Shown here: positions 19,365 to 28,168 of the stretch, piece after piece
Position numbering within the stretch: position 1 is the first letter of the stretch
How the letters are laid out: the number at the start of each line of letters is the position of its first letter
DNA from: Chitinophagaceae bacterium
Lineage (GTDB): Bacteria > Bacteroidota > Bacteroidia > Chitinophagales > Chitinophagaceae
Length of the DNA: 64,000 bases
Direction: 5' to 3'
Assembly: GCA_037190885.1 (NCBI GenBank)
Contig: JBBCJQ010000006.1
Coordinates: forward strand, 34,190-98,189
Program-made: the position numbers and the translations under genes
The notes under the pieces: model-generated
Database searches by the model: none
What the model saw: the letters and a program-made list of their open reading frames with translations, nothing else
Told to the model about the DNA's origin: nothing

Positions 19365-21106
19365 TGCAAACAATCAAAGAAATTACTATGAGACTAATAA
19401 GATCATCTCTACAAATTGTTTTCATTGCCGGCTTGTTTTTGGTCACTTCCTGTAACAAAAGCCTGGATGCGTTCAATGAAAACCCTAATGCGGTAGATCC
19501 CGGCACGGCCGATCCGAACTTGATATTACCCAACGTTCTGAGCGCTACCGCGAACGCCTACCTGGATCTCGGGTATGGAAAAATAGGCGGCGTCGTGCAG
19601 CATATGCAGGAGGATGGCTGGTTCTCCGGCTATAATGCCTACGACTGGAGCGAAGAAGACTGGGGCAACTGGTATGGTATTTTAAGGAACAACCAGTTTT
19701 TGTATGAAAGAGCCACCGAGCTTGACTATACGCTGCACCAGGGCATTTCCCAAACCGTGCGTGCTTTTGTTTTTGGTACCATTGCCGATCTCTGGGGTGA
19801 TGCTCCCTACACGGAAGCGTTACAAGGTGCGGGTGAAATAGCCTTTCCTGCTTTTGATACGCAGGAAACCATATACAAGGGTATTATTGAAGAACTAAAG
19901 GTAGCGGTGAATACGCTGAGCAGCGTGGGGGATGTGTCTGGTTACTATATAACGGGGTACGATATATATTACGGAGGAGATGCTGCAAAATGGAAAAAGT
20001 TTGCAAACACCCTCCTGCTTCGTTATGCCAACCGCTTATCAACAAAATTACCCGATCTGGCAAAAGCCACCTTAGAGGCTGTGTATGCCTCCGGCGATTA
20101 TATCAATTCCCCGGCTGATGATGCAGTGATGGGTTTTGAAAGGCTGGGTACAAATCAGGCAAATATAGCATGGCCTAAAAATACGGTAGCAGACGGTTCC
20201 GAGTCTAACTGGCGGAGAAGAAAACCCTGCGCTACTTTGATTGATAAGCTGACTGACTTAAGCGATCCCCGCAGGGAACTGTGGTTCCAGCCGGTGCATT
20301 GCCAGTGGGTGGCCGATCCGGGCCTGTCTACCGCTGTGGATGAATATATCAGGGAAGACGGGGCGCTTACAACTGTGCAGGCTTATACAGATGCCGAATA
20401 CAGAGGTATGACGGGTAAAGTCTTTACAAGGCATTTCAATCCGAACACCTTTACCCCGGATGGTACGTTTGTATTGTCTGCGCCCAATACTAACAGGTAC
20501 GTAGGTGTGCCGCCGGCTCTTTTATATCCTGACTATTACAACAGCAATCCAAGACCGGGACAGGAGGTGGAAAACCAGCACGTTTCCCAATTATCCCTCC
20601 TCTTTCAAAAAGCAAGCGATGATGTTTTAAAAGCACGGCTGGCTACAGCATCCGAAGCTGCTTTTATACTGGCGGAAGCTGTACTGAGAGGCTGGTCTGC
20701 CGGCAACGCCGAAACCCATTATAATAATGGCATAAAATTTTCGCTTGAATCATGGGGTATAGGCAACGCATATAACGACTATATTGACAATGCCGGTGTG
20801 GTGTACGACGGAACAGAGGAACAGATATTGGAGCAGAAATGGATTGCGGGATTTGCAAATGCTTTGGAATCATGGTTTGACTGGAGAAGGACCGGTTTCC
20901 CCGTTCTGGCGGCACCTGGTGTCGGCTCTGCACAACCTGTACCTGCTGTAAGATTGATATACGGTAATAATGAAATTAATGTGAATGCGGCCAATGCAAG
21001 CGCTGCCATTGGCAGGCTTACAGAAACGCAGTATAGTACGCTCAGGGGTAAGAACAGCCAGTGGGCCAAACCCTGGATCATTGAAGGTACCGGCAAACCC
21101 TGGTAA
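19364..21106 (+). CDS. SusD-like (SusD_2-type) outer-membrane lipoprotein
   Basis: Its start overlaps the susC stop (TAATG). Lipobox LFLVTSCNKS. An alternative start at 19388 (MRLIRSS) is equally plausible. Confidence 0.8.
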   Translation: MQTIKEITMRLIRSSLQIVFIAGLFLVTSCNKSLDAFNENPNAVDPGTADPNLILPNVLSATANAYLDLGYGKIGGVVQHMQEDGWFSGYNAYDWSEEDWGNWYGILRNNQFLYERATELDYTLHQGISQTVRAFVFGTIADLWGDAPYTEALQGAGEIAFPAFDTQETIYKGIIEELKVAVNTLSSVGDVSGYYITGYDIYYGGDAAKWKKFANTLLLRYANRLSTKLPDLAKATLEAVYASGDYINSPADDAVMGFERLGTNQANIAWPKNTVADGSESNWRRRKPCATLIDKLTDLSDPRRELWFQPVHCQWVADPGLSTAVDEYIREDGALTTVQAYTDAEYRGMTGKVFTRHFNPNTFTPDGTFVLSAPNTNRYVGVPPALLYPDYYNSNPRPGQEVENQHVSQLSLLFQKASDDVLKARLATASEAAFILAEAVLRGWSAGNAETHYNNGIKFSLESWGIGNAYNDYIDNAGVVYDGTEEQILEQKWIAGFANALESWFDWRRTGFPVLAAPGVGSAQPVPAVRLIYGNNEINVNAANASAAIGRLTETQYSTLRGKNSQWAKPWIIEGTGKPW

Positions 21107-21186
21107 TCTGACCATATAATTATTTTCCTTAAAAAAACCTGTGAGGCCGGCGTGAGCAGCCTTGCAGGTTTCCTTTTTATACTTAT

Positions 21187-23064
21187 ATGAAAGCATGGAT
21201 GATCGCGTGGATATTAACTCCTTTTGTCGCCTGCGGACAGGACTCCCGGTTTTTGGTAAAGCCCTACCTGCAATATGCTACCCAAACCGGCATAAGGGTG
21301 CATTGGGAAACAACAACAGCCGCTGAAAGTTATGTGTTGTCCGGTCCGGCATTGCCGCATTCCGGTAAGGCTGTATTGAACCGGAAAACAGCAGCTTCCA
21401 CTATGGATAACATACATCACGCTGTGCTGGACAACCTGCAGCCGGAGGCTGTTTATTTTTATCAGGTAGTGTCCGTCCTGGCAAACGGAGACACGCTCAG
21501 ATCTGCTGTAAACACCTTTAAAACTGCCGTAAAAGACAGTTCGGCTTTTGCATTTACCGTGTTCAGCGATTCGCAGAACAACTGGAAGAATCCCGAAGCA
21601 TGGAAACGGATCAGTGAGCAGGCGTTTAAAGAACGGCCGGATTTCGCCCTGCACGCCGGCGACCTGGTAGACCTTGGCTATATGAAGGACGACTGGGTAA
21701 ATGAGTTCCTCGGGCAGGGTAATCAATTTATGCAAACAGTACCCGTGTTTTCCATTCCCGGCAATCATGAGCATGATGCAGCATATTACTACCGGTATAT
21801 GTATGTACCGCAGCCTTATTTTTACAGTTTCCGGTATGGCAATGCGGAATTTTTTATGATCGACACAGATCAATACCAGGAGGAGGGCACCGATATGTAT
21901 AATGCAATAGAAATAGCATTGGCCCGGTCGGATGCTTATTGGAAGTTCGTGGTGCATCACCACCCGCCGTTTTCTTCAGACAATGATGATTTTGGCAACA
22001 CGTTTTACGAAGCTTCCGGATTGGGAGATGATGAAGCCCGGCTGTTAATACCGCTATACGAAAAGTACGGAGTGGATATTGTATTCTACGGACATATACA
22101 TGCTTATGAACGTAGCTGGCCGATAAGGGACCACAAGCCGGTGAATGAGAACGGGGTATTGTATATCAATATCGGTGGGGCAGGGGGAGGACTGGAAGAT
22201 CCTGCGCCTACCCGCTCGTGGTTTACCAGTAAGTTGAGAACAGTACATCATTTTGGTTATGTTACGATCCATGAAGATGAGCTGAATTTTCAGGCGATTG
22301 ATGAAAACGGACAGCTGTTTGACCAGTTTTCGCTTAAGGGAAGCAGAAAATCCTTTGCTCAGAATATCACAGCCGCGGCGCCTGTGACGCAAACCAATAA
22401 AAGGTTGATGACAGATACCCTGCATATACAGTTCCTCACAGCACACCCGGATGACAAAGTATTTTATACCACGGATGGCACGGAACCGGGGCCTGACAGC
22501 AAACTTTACCGGGAGCCGGTTATACTAAAGGATGCTGCGGTGTTGAAAGCGGTTGCTTATAACAAAGCAGGACCAGGTAGGGTGAATACTTTCCGGTTTG
22601 AAAAAGAAAAGCTGTACAGGGCGGTAAAAAATAAAAAATTTAGCAGCGGATTGGTATTTGGCTATTTCCCCGGAGAATACAGTGACGATGATGACCTGTT
22701 TTTTGATAAAGCCAGATACATATACCAGGGATCTGTCCCTGTGCCTGCATTCGAGGGGATTCCCCACCAGGAACAATTCTGGAGCGTTGTTTTTTCAGGT
22801 TATTTTTTGGCGCCGGCAACGGGATATTACAGGTTTGATGGACATGCTGAGCATAGGGTCCGCCTGCATATACAGGATAAATTGCTGTTTGATGAAAAGA
22901 ACCGGGAGATTAATTATGCCGGAGAGATCTACCTGGAGAAAGGGTATCATCCCGTAAAAATTGAGTATTACAACAAACGCAAAGAACGCGCTTTTATCGA
23001 ACTATTTTACGAAGGACCGGGCATACCGCGACAAGCCATCCCGGCAACCGCCTGGTGGAAATGA
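21187..23064 (+). CDS. Secreted purple-acid-phosphatase-like metallophosphoesterase fused to chitobiase/hexosaminidase-C-like and PA14 domains
   Basis: Signal peptide present. PAP N-terminal region (PYLQYATQTGIRVHWETT). Metallophosphoesterase motifs GDLVDLG, GNHEHD, GHIHAYER. FYTTDGTEPGPDSKLYREPV (CHB_HEX_C-like). The C-terminal GYFLAPATGYYRFDGHAEHRVRLHI is PA14-like. Confidence 0.8.
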   Translation: MKAWMIAWILTPFVACGQDSRFLVKPYLQYATQTGIRVHWETTTAAESYVLSGPALPHSGKAVLNRKTAASTMDNIHHAVLDNLQPEAVYFYQVVSVLANGDTLRSAVNTFKTAVKDSSAFAFTVFSDSQNNWKNPEAWKRISEQAFKERPDFALHAGDLVDLGYMKDDWVNEFLGQGNQFMQTVPVFSIPGNHEHDAAYYYRYMYVPQPYFYSFRYGNAEFFMIDTDQYQEEGTDMYNAIEIALARSDAYWKFVVHHHPPFSSDNDDFGNTFYEASGLGDDEARLLIPLYEKYGVDIVFYGHIHAYERSWPIRDHKPVNENGVLYINIGGAGGGLEDPAPTRSWFTSKLRTVHHFGYVTIHEDELNFQAIDENGQLFDQFSLKGSRKSFAQNITAAAPVTQTNKRLMTDTLHIQFLTAHPDDKVFYTTDGTEPGPDSKLYREPVILKDAAVLKAVAYNKAGPGRVNTFRFEKEKLYRAVKNKKFSSGLVFGYFPGEYSDDDDLFFDKARYIYQGSVPVPAFEGIPHQEQFWSVVFSGYFLAPATGYYRFDGHAEHRVRLHIQDKLLFDEKNREINYAGEIYLEKGYHPVKIEYYNKRKERAFIELFYEGPGIPRQAIPATAWWK

Positions 23065-23130
23065 CCGGCAGGGCAACTTTCCCCTTGAGCGTTTTTTGAA
23101 CCGACAGGCTTAAAGTATTTAACACTTGCA

Positions 23131-23216
23131 GCGTCTCGTCATGCAGGGACGGAAGGTTTGTGGAAAAGTAATCAAACACGTATAGGCGTGCCGTAGGTAC
23201 GCAAGGTGATAACCAG
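23131..23216. repeat. Copy 1 of an ~85-bp dispersed intergenic repeat
   Basis: GTCTCGTC...AAGGTTTGTGGAAAA...GCGTGCCGTAGGTACGCAAGGTG. A direct-orientation partner lies at 23798-23884. By eye roughly three quarters of positions are identical, including a 21-nt identical core. Confidence 0.6.
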
Positions 23217-23797
23217 GAAAGCTTTTGGGGCGCTGCGAAGTAGAGAAAACTTTTTCCATTCAGATCCCTCCGTTTCGCTTCCCGATGCCGGAGGTATGCA
23301 CTTCAGGGAATAACGATGGTAGACCGGTGCGAATGATCGAACGGCAAATAATATGAATAAAAAAAGGGCTGCATAGAAATGCTGCCCGTCTAAATCCAAT
23401 ATCCTATGAAAAACCGACTTTAAATTAGTTATATGTGAGGTTAGTATTTTAACCGGTGCATGTTTTCAATATTTGTCACTATATCCCTGCCGGGAATGAA
23501 TTGTTACCCCCGGATATCTTTTTTTAAAAAAAAATAATTTGGCTCTGTAATAGAAAGTTCCCGGATGTGTGGAACGTCTTTGAGGGAGGAAGGAAAGACT
23601 GAAGTAATGTCCTGTATAGAGGGTTTTGATCATCGTTAGATATCTCCCTGCGGTCGATATGACCTACCCGGCACGGGTGCTATGGGTATGATAAGGTGGT
23701 TGTGTACACCTGCGACTTGTAACCACCTGTTCGACGCCATTACCGGCACGCAACCAGGCTACCTGTTCTGCCCGGTATGCCCCCACCTGGATAAATA

Positions 23798-23884
23798 TTG
23801 TCTCGTCCCCTAGGAACAAAAGGTTTGTAGAAAAACAACAAAATATGCATAAGCGTGCCGTAGGTACGCAACGTGGGCACAGGA
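23798..23884. repeat. Copy 2 of the ~85-bp repeat
   Basis: GTCTCGTC...AAGGTTTGTAGAAAA...GCGTGCCGTAGGTACGCAACGTG. Confidence 0.6.
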
Positions 23885-23907
23885 TCACATGTGTTTGTGT
23901 TACCAGC

Positions 23908-23946
23908 AAATAAAAGAGGCTGTACCGGAATTCCTGATACAGCCTC
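23908..23946 (-). terminator. Intrinsic terminator of dnaA
   Basis: GAGGCTGTA/TACAGCCTC 9-bp stem (23916-23924 and 23938-23946), followed on the minus strand by TTTTATTT. Confidence 0.7.
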
Positions 23947-23968
23947 CTGATATTTTTCGGGTATTCGT

Positions 23969-25402
23969 TTACATGGCAGCCAGTTGCACCTTTTGCTGCA
24001 GGTCTACCACGCTTTCTTTGAACAGGCTGTCTGTATCCATCAGATCCTTGACGGTTTGACAGGAATGGATCACCGTTGTGTGATCTCGCCCGCCGAAGTG
24101 TTCACCGATGGTTTTCAAAGAGTTTTTGGTAAACTGCTTGGCCAGGTACATGGTGATCTGGCGCGCCTGCACGATCTCCCGTTTGCGTGTCTTTTGCAGC
24201 AATCTTTCGTAGGGAAGATTGAAATAATCGCATACCATCTTTTGTATGGTTTCGATCGTGATCTCCTTGGAAGATGTTTTCACAAAATTGCGCAGCACCT
24301 TCTTGGCGAGCTCCAGGTCTATTTCCCTTTTATTAAGGGATGATTGTGCCAGCAGTGAGATCAATGCGCCTTCCAGTTCCCTTACATTGCTTTGAATATT
24401 AAATGCTATATACCTTATTACATCTTTTGGCATATCCAGCCCGTCGTTCTTCATTTTCTTCTCCAGGATGGCCATCCGTGTTTCATAATCCGGCAACTGC
24501 ATATCCGCGCTCAGTCCCCAGCGGAAGCGGCTTAATAAGCGTTCCTGTACACCTTCCAGGTCTTTGGGCGACTTATCGGAGGTAAGCACCAGTTGTTTAC
24601 CGCTTTGGTGCAAATGGTTGAAAATAGCGAACAGAGCATCCTGTGATTTTTCCGCCCGGTTGAAAAACTGTACGTCATCCACGATCAGTACATCGATCAT
24701 CTGGTAAAAATGAATGAAATCATTGATCGCATTATTACGGCTATGATCCTGGAACTGGTTAATGAATTTTTCAGAGCTGACGTATAGTACGATCTTGTTG
24801 GGATGAAGCTTTTTTACTTCGTTGCCGATGGCCTGCACCAGGTGCGTTTTCCCCAGTCCCACACCGCCGTATACAACCAACGGGTTGAATGAGGTGGTTC
24901 CGGGCTTTTCAGCTACCGTTTTACCGGCCCTACGGGCAACACGGTTGCTGTCGCCTTCAATAAAAGAATCGAAGGTATAGGCAGGATTGAGCTGCGGGTC
25001 AATCTGCATTTTTTTCAATCCCGGAATAACAAAGGGATTTTTAACCGGTGTATTTACTACCAAAGGAAAGTCCATCTCATTATTAGAATATGTCTTAAAA
25101 CCGTGTGTAGGTACATCCATGGTAAGCGGCTTGTTCTTTTCATTACCGCTGTCCACCATAATTCTATATTCCAGTCTTGCTTCTTTGCCCAGTTCCCGGG
25201 TTAATGTCTTCGCTAATAAATTTACGTAATGTTCTTCAAGGTACTCATAAAAAAACTGACTCGGTACCTGAATTGTGAGAACTTTATCATTTAGTGCTAC
25301 GGGTTTGATCGGTTGAAACCAGGTTTTATAGTGTTGCCATTCTACGATATCTTTAATAATAGTCAGACAGTTTTGCCATACGATTTCGAATGATTTATTC
25401 AT
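23969..25402 (-). CDS. dnaA: Chromosomal replication initiator protein DnaA
   Basis: 477-aa ORF. Walker A GGVGLGKTHL, Walker B LIVDDVQF, sensor motifs, and the C-terminal DNA-binding signature (GGRDHTTVIHSCQTV). Confidence 0.97.
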   Translation of the reverse strand: MNKSFEIVWQNCLTIIKDIVEWQHYKTWFQPIKPVALNDKVLTIQVPSQFFYEYLEEHYVNLLAKTLTRELGKEARLEYRIMVDSGNEKNKPLTMDVPTHGFKTYSNNEMDFPLVVNTPVKNPFVIPGLKKMQIDPQLNPAYTFDSFIEGDSNRVARRAGKTVAEKPGTTSFNPLVVYGGVGLGKTHLVQAIGNEVKKLHPNKIVLYVSSEKFINQFQDHSRNNAINDFIHFYQMIDVLIVDDVQFFNRAEKSQDALFAIFNHLHQSGKQLVLTSDKSPKDLEGVQERLLSRFRWGLSADMQLPDYETRMAILEKKMKNDGLDMPKDVIRYIAFNIQSNVRELEGALISLLAQSSLNKREIDLELAKKVLRNFVKTSSKEITIETIQKMVCDYFNLPYERLLQKTRKREIVQARQITMYLAKQFTKNSLKTIGEHFGGRDHTTVIHSCQTVKDLMDTDSLFKESVVDLQQKVQLAAM

Positions 25403-26043
25403 TATCTGTCAAGCAGTTTATAATTGAGTTAAGAATATTAAATTTTATAGTCTTCAAGTATTTTTGGTGTGGGCACCAAAAAAAGGGGTAGGGCGGCGAA
25501 TATCAATATATTACTGTTGAAAAAAAAATTTTTTATTCTCTTGTTTTTTCCTTTGTTGAATGGGTGTTGGTTTTCATGGCTTTTAAATTTTTTCACGGTT
25601 TAAAAAAAGGTACAAATCAGGTAAAAAAAATCTTTTTTTGCACACCGGTTTTTGTCAAAAACCGGTCATAAAAAAGTATTTTTCTTTTATTGCTTTCATT
25701 ACAACAAAAAGCGTACAAGGTTTTTAGGGAAGGATTAAAAAAAACAGCTTTTGTTTTGGTCATGGTCAGCGTATTGTCTGTTTATTGCCGGATAACATGG
25801 CTATCCTGCATTTTACTAAAAAAATAGATCAGCAAGCTAAATAGATCAGCTTGCCATACAGCAACCCTGCGATCACTCACTAAAAAATGTCAACCTTTTT
25901 CTGTAAGATTGACACAGGCCTTTTAGGATGGTAAAGTTTGACATACGGATTAATTGTATGTAGATATCAGCTTTTTTGAAAGGTAGTTTTTTTTAGCCCA
26001 AAACAAAAATAAATTTTGGGTGTTTTACTGCCGGAATACTTTA
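25403..26043. other. Candidate oriC / dnaA control region (AT-rich, gene-free)
   Basis: 640 bp without a credible ORF, directly upstream of dnaA. Multiple A/T tracts (for example 25519-25540 and 25600-25640). One relaxed DnaA box TTTTGCACA at 25636-25644. Perfect palindromes at 25461-25482 and 25644-25666. 12-bp direct repeat AAATAGATCAGC at 25822 and 25839. I found no perfect TTATCCACA box by eye. Confidence 0.35.
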
Positions 26044-26051
26044 TAAATTTG
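26044..26051 (+). promoter_or_regulatory. Candidate -7 box TAAATTTG
   Basis: TAnnTTTG match 18 nt upstream of the ATG at 26069. Confidence 0.4.
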
Positions 26052-26068
26052 TCGCTCAATTATTTATA

Positions 26069-26449
26069 ATGAGCTATGAAATTACCGGGAAATTAATTGC
26101 CCGCTATGAGACCGTTCAACGGACCGCCAGTTTTAAGACCAGGGAGTTTGTGATTGAAAAAACAGATGATATTGGAGGTAAATTGATAACCAATTATGCT
26201 AAATTCCAATGTGTTCAGGACAGGACAAGTTTGCCTGACCGGTTTACCATTGGGGAAACCGTAAAGGTCTATTTTAATATAAAGGGAACCCGGTGGGAAA
26301 AGAACGGACAGGTAAACTATATAACCAACCTGGATGCGTGGAGAATGGAAAGTGTAAACCTGAATGCCGGTGCCGGTGATAATGCAGATGAACCGCCCAC
26401 GGGTACGGGCGGCTTTACGCCGGTTACCGAAGACGATCTTCCCTTTTAA
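26069..26449 (+). CDS. DUF3127-family protein (small OB-fold-like, SSB-related) with an acidic/Gly-rich tail
   Basis: 126-aa ORF. The pattern GKLI...FKTREFVIEKTDD...KFQCVQDRTSL...GETVKVYFNIKGTRWEKNGQVNYITNLDAWRME matches DUF3127 sequences as I recall them. Confidence 0.7.
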   Translation: MSYEITGKLIARYETVQRTASFKTREFVIEKTDDIGGKLITNYAKFQCVQDRTSLPDRFTIGETVKVYFNIKGTRWEKNGQVNYITNLDAWRMESVNLNAGAGDNADEPPTGTGGFTPVTEDDLPF

Positions 26450-26485
26450 GCCGGTAAAAGTTTTAGGATAAATACCTAACCTTGC

Positions 26486-28054
26486 ATGATAAAGAAACTC
26501 TCACTGCGCCTGCTTCCGACGGAAGCAGGCGCCGATACGATCATTACGCAATATGTGGCTGCCGCCTGCGGTGTAACAGCAACCCGTATATCGGGATTTG
26601 TCGTTAGGAAAAGGTCTTTAGACGCACGGGGACGGCAGGTGTGGATCAACATCACGCTGGAAGCTTTTATAGATGAACCTTTCCGTTCGGGCGAAACAAT
26701 TCATTTTCAATACAGGGATGTCCGGAACAGTCCCCGGAGAGTGGTTATTGCAGGCGCCGGGCCTGCAGGTCTTTTTGCTGCTTTGCATTTGCTGGAAGCC
26801 GGTATACAACCTGTCCTGCTGGAACGTGGTAAAAAAGTACGTGACAGGCGGCGCGACCTGGCAGCGTTGAATAAAACAGGTATTGTAAATCCTGAAAGCA
26901 ATTATTGTTTTGGAGAAGGAGGAGCAGGTACCTATAGCGATGGCAAGCTGTACACCCGCAGTAATAAAAGAGGCGACATTAACCGTATACTGCATCTTTT
27001 CCGCCATTTTGGCGCGGAGGAAAATATCCTTTACGACGCGCACCCGCATATCGGTACCAACAAGCTTCCGGATATCATCAGCGCTATGCGGAAAACGATT
27101 GAAGATTGTGGCGGGCTGTTTCTATTTGAAAAAAAGCTGACCGGGCTGGATATCGGTAATGACAGGATAACAAAAGTGACTACCGCTGATGGTGATGCAT
27201 TTGATGCGGATGCCTTTATCCTGGCAACGGGACATTCGGCGCGGGATATATTTACGTTATTATCGGGAATGGGGATCGAGATATTCCTGAAGCCTTTTGC
27301 CCTGGGCGTAAGGGTGGAACATCCCCAGGAGCTCATCAATACCATACAATATCACAATCCTTCTGTAACAGATCAGTCCTTTCTGCCGCCTGCTTCATAC
27401 AGCCTGGTAGAGCAGGTGCATCAGCGTGGCGTATTTTCCTTTTGCATGTGCCCCGGCGGCATTATAGCGCCTGCTGCCACCGGGGCAGGCGAATTGGTGG
27501 TGAACGGGTGGAGCCCTTCTAAAAGAAATAATCCTTTTGCCAATAGTGGTATGGTGGTGAATATCGAAGAAAAAGATGTGCAGGCGTTTAAGCAATATGG
27601 TCAGTTGGCCGCTATGTATTTTCAACAGGCGGTAGAAAAGAAAGCGTTCGCGGCTGGTGGCGGTGGTTTTGTAGCGCCGGCACAACGCATGGTGGATTTT
27701 TCCAACGATAAGCTGTCGGCATCTTTACCTGCCTGCTCCTATATACCCGGTGTAACACCGGCACCGCTGAAAGAAGTGCTTCCCGGCTTTGTGTATAAGG
27801 CATTGCAGGAGGGATTTAAGGCATTTGGAAAGAAGATGCGGGGGTATTACAGCAACGAAGCAATTGTAGTGGCCACCGAAAGCAGAACATCCTCACCGGT
27901 ACGGATACCGCGGGATCCCGAAACACTGGTACATACACAAATACAAAATCTTTACCCCTGCGGAGAGGGTGCGGGATACGCAGGAGGCATCGTAAGCGCA
28001 GCCATGGACGGAGAACGGGTTGCCCGCATTATCACTGAGAAATACCGGAAGTAA
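26486..28054 (+). CDS. FAD-dependent oxidoreductase (COG2509-type NAD(FAD)-utilising dehydrogenase)
   Basis: 522-aa ORF. Dinucleotide-binding motif VVIAGAGPAGLFAALHL. C-terminal GEGAGYAGGIVSAAMDG, typical of this family. Confidence 0.8.
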   Translation: MIKKLSLRLLPTEAGADTIITQYVAAACGVTATRISGFVVRKRSLDARGRQVWINITLEAFIDEPFRSGETIHFQYRDVRNSPRRVVIAGAGPAGLFAALHLLEAGIQPVLLERGKKVRDRRRDLAALNKTGIVNPESNYCFGEGGAGTYSDGKLYTRSNKRGDINRILHLFRHFGAEENILYDAHPHIGTNKLPDIISAMRKTIEDCGGLFLFEKKLTGLDIGNDRITKVTTADGDAFDADAFILATGHSARDIFTLLSGMGIEIFLKPFALGVRVEHPQELINTIQYHNPSVTDQSFLPPASYSLVEQVHQRGVFSFCMCPGGIIAPAATGAGELVVNGWSPSKRNNPFANSGMVVNIEEKDVQAFKQYGQLAAMYFQQAVEKKAFAAGGGGFVAPAQRMVDFSNDKLSASLPACSYIPGVTPAPLKEVLPGFVYKALQEGFKAFGKKMRGYYSNEAIVVATESRTSSPVRIPRDPETLVHTQIQNLYPCGEGAGYAGGIVSAAMDGERVARIITEKYRK

Positions 28055-28168
28055 CGGAGCAAGATTGTAGTGATACAGATAAATGATCAGTAATAACAAA
28101 CCCGGCAGCATTCCCGGGTTTTCGATCACCTCAGAAAAATAGAGTATATTCATGCAATATTTTTAGAA

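Noticed and set aside
23172-23909. ORFs 23172-23399 and 23664-23909 (minus) in the region downstream of dnaA
   Set aside because: Both are read through the dispersed repeat copies and have implausible composition. The region is better explained as non-coding.
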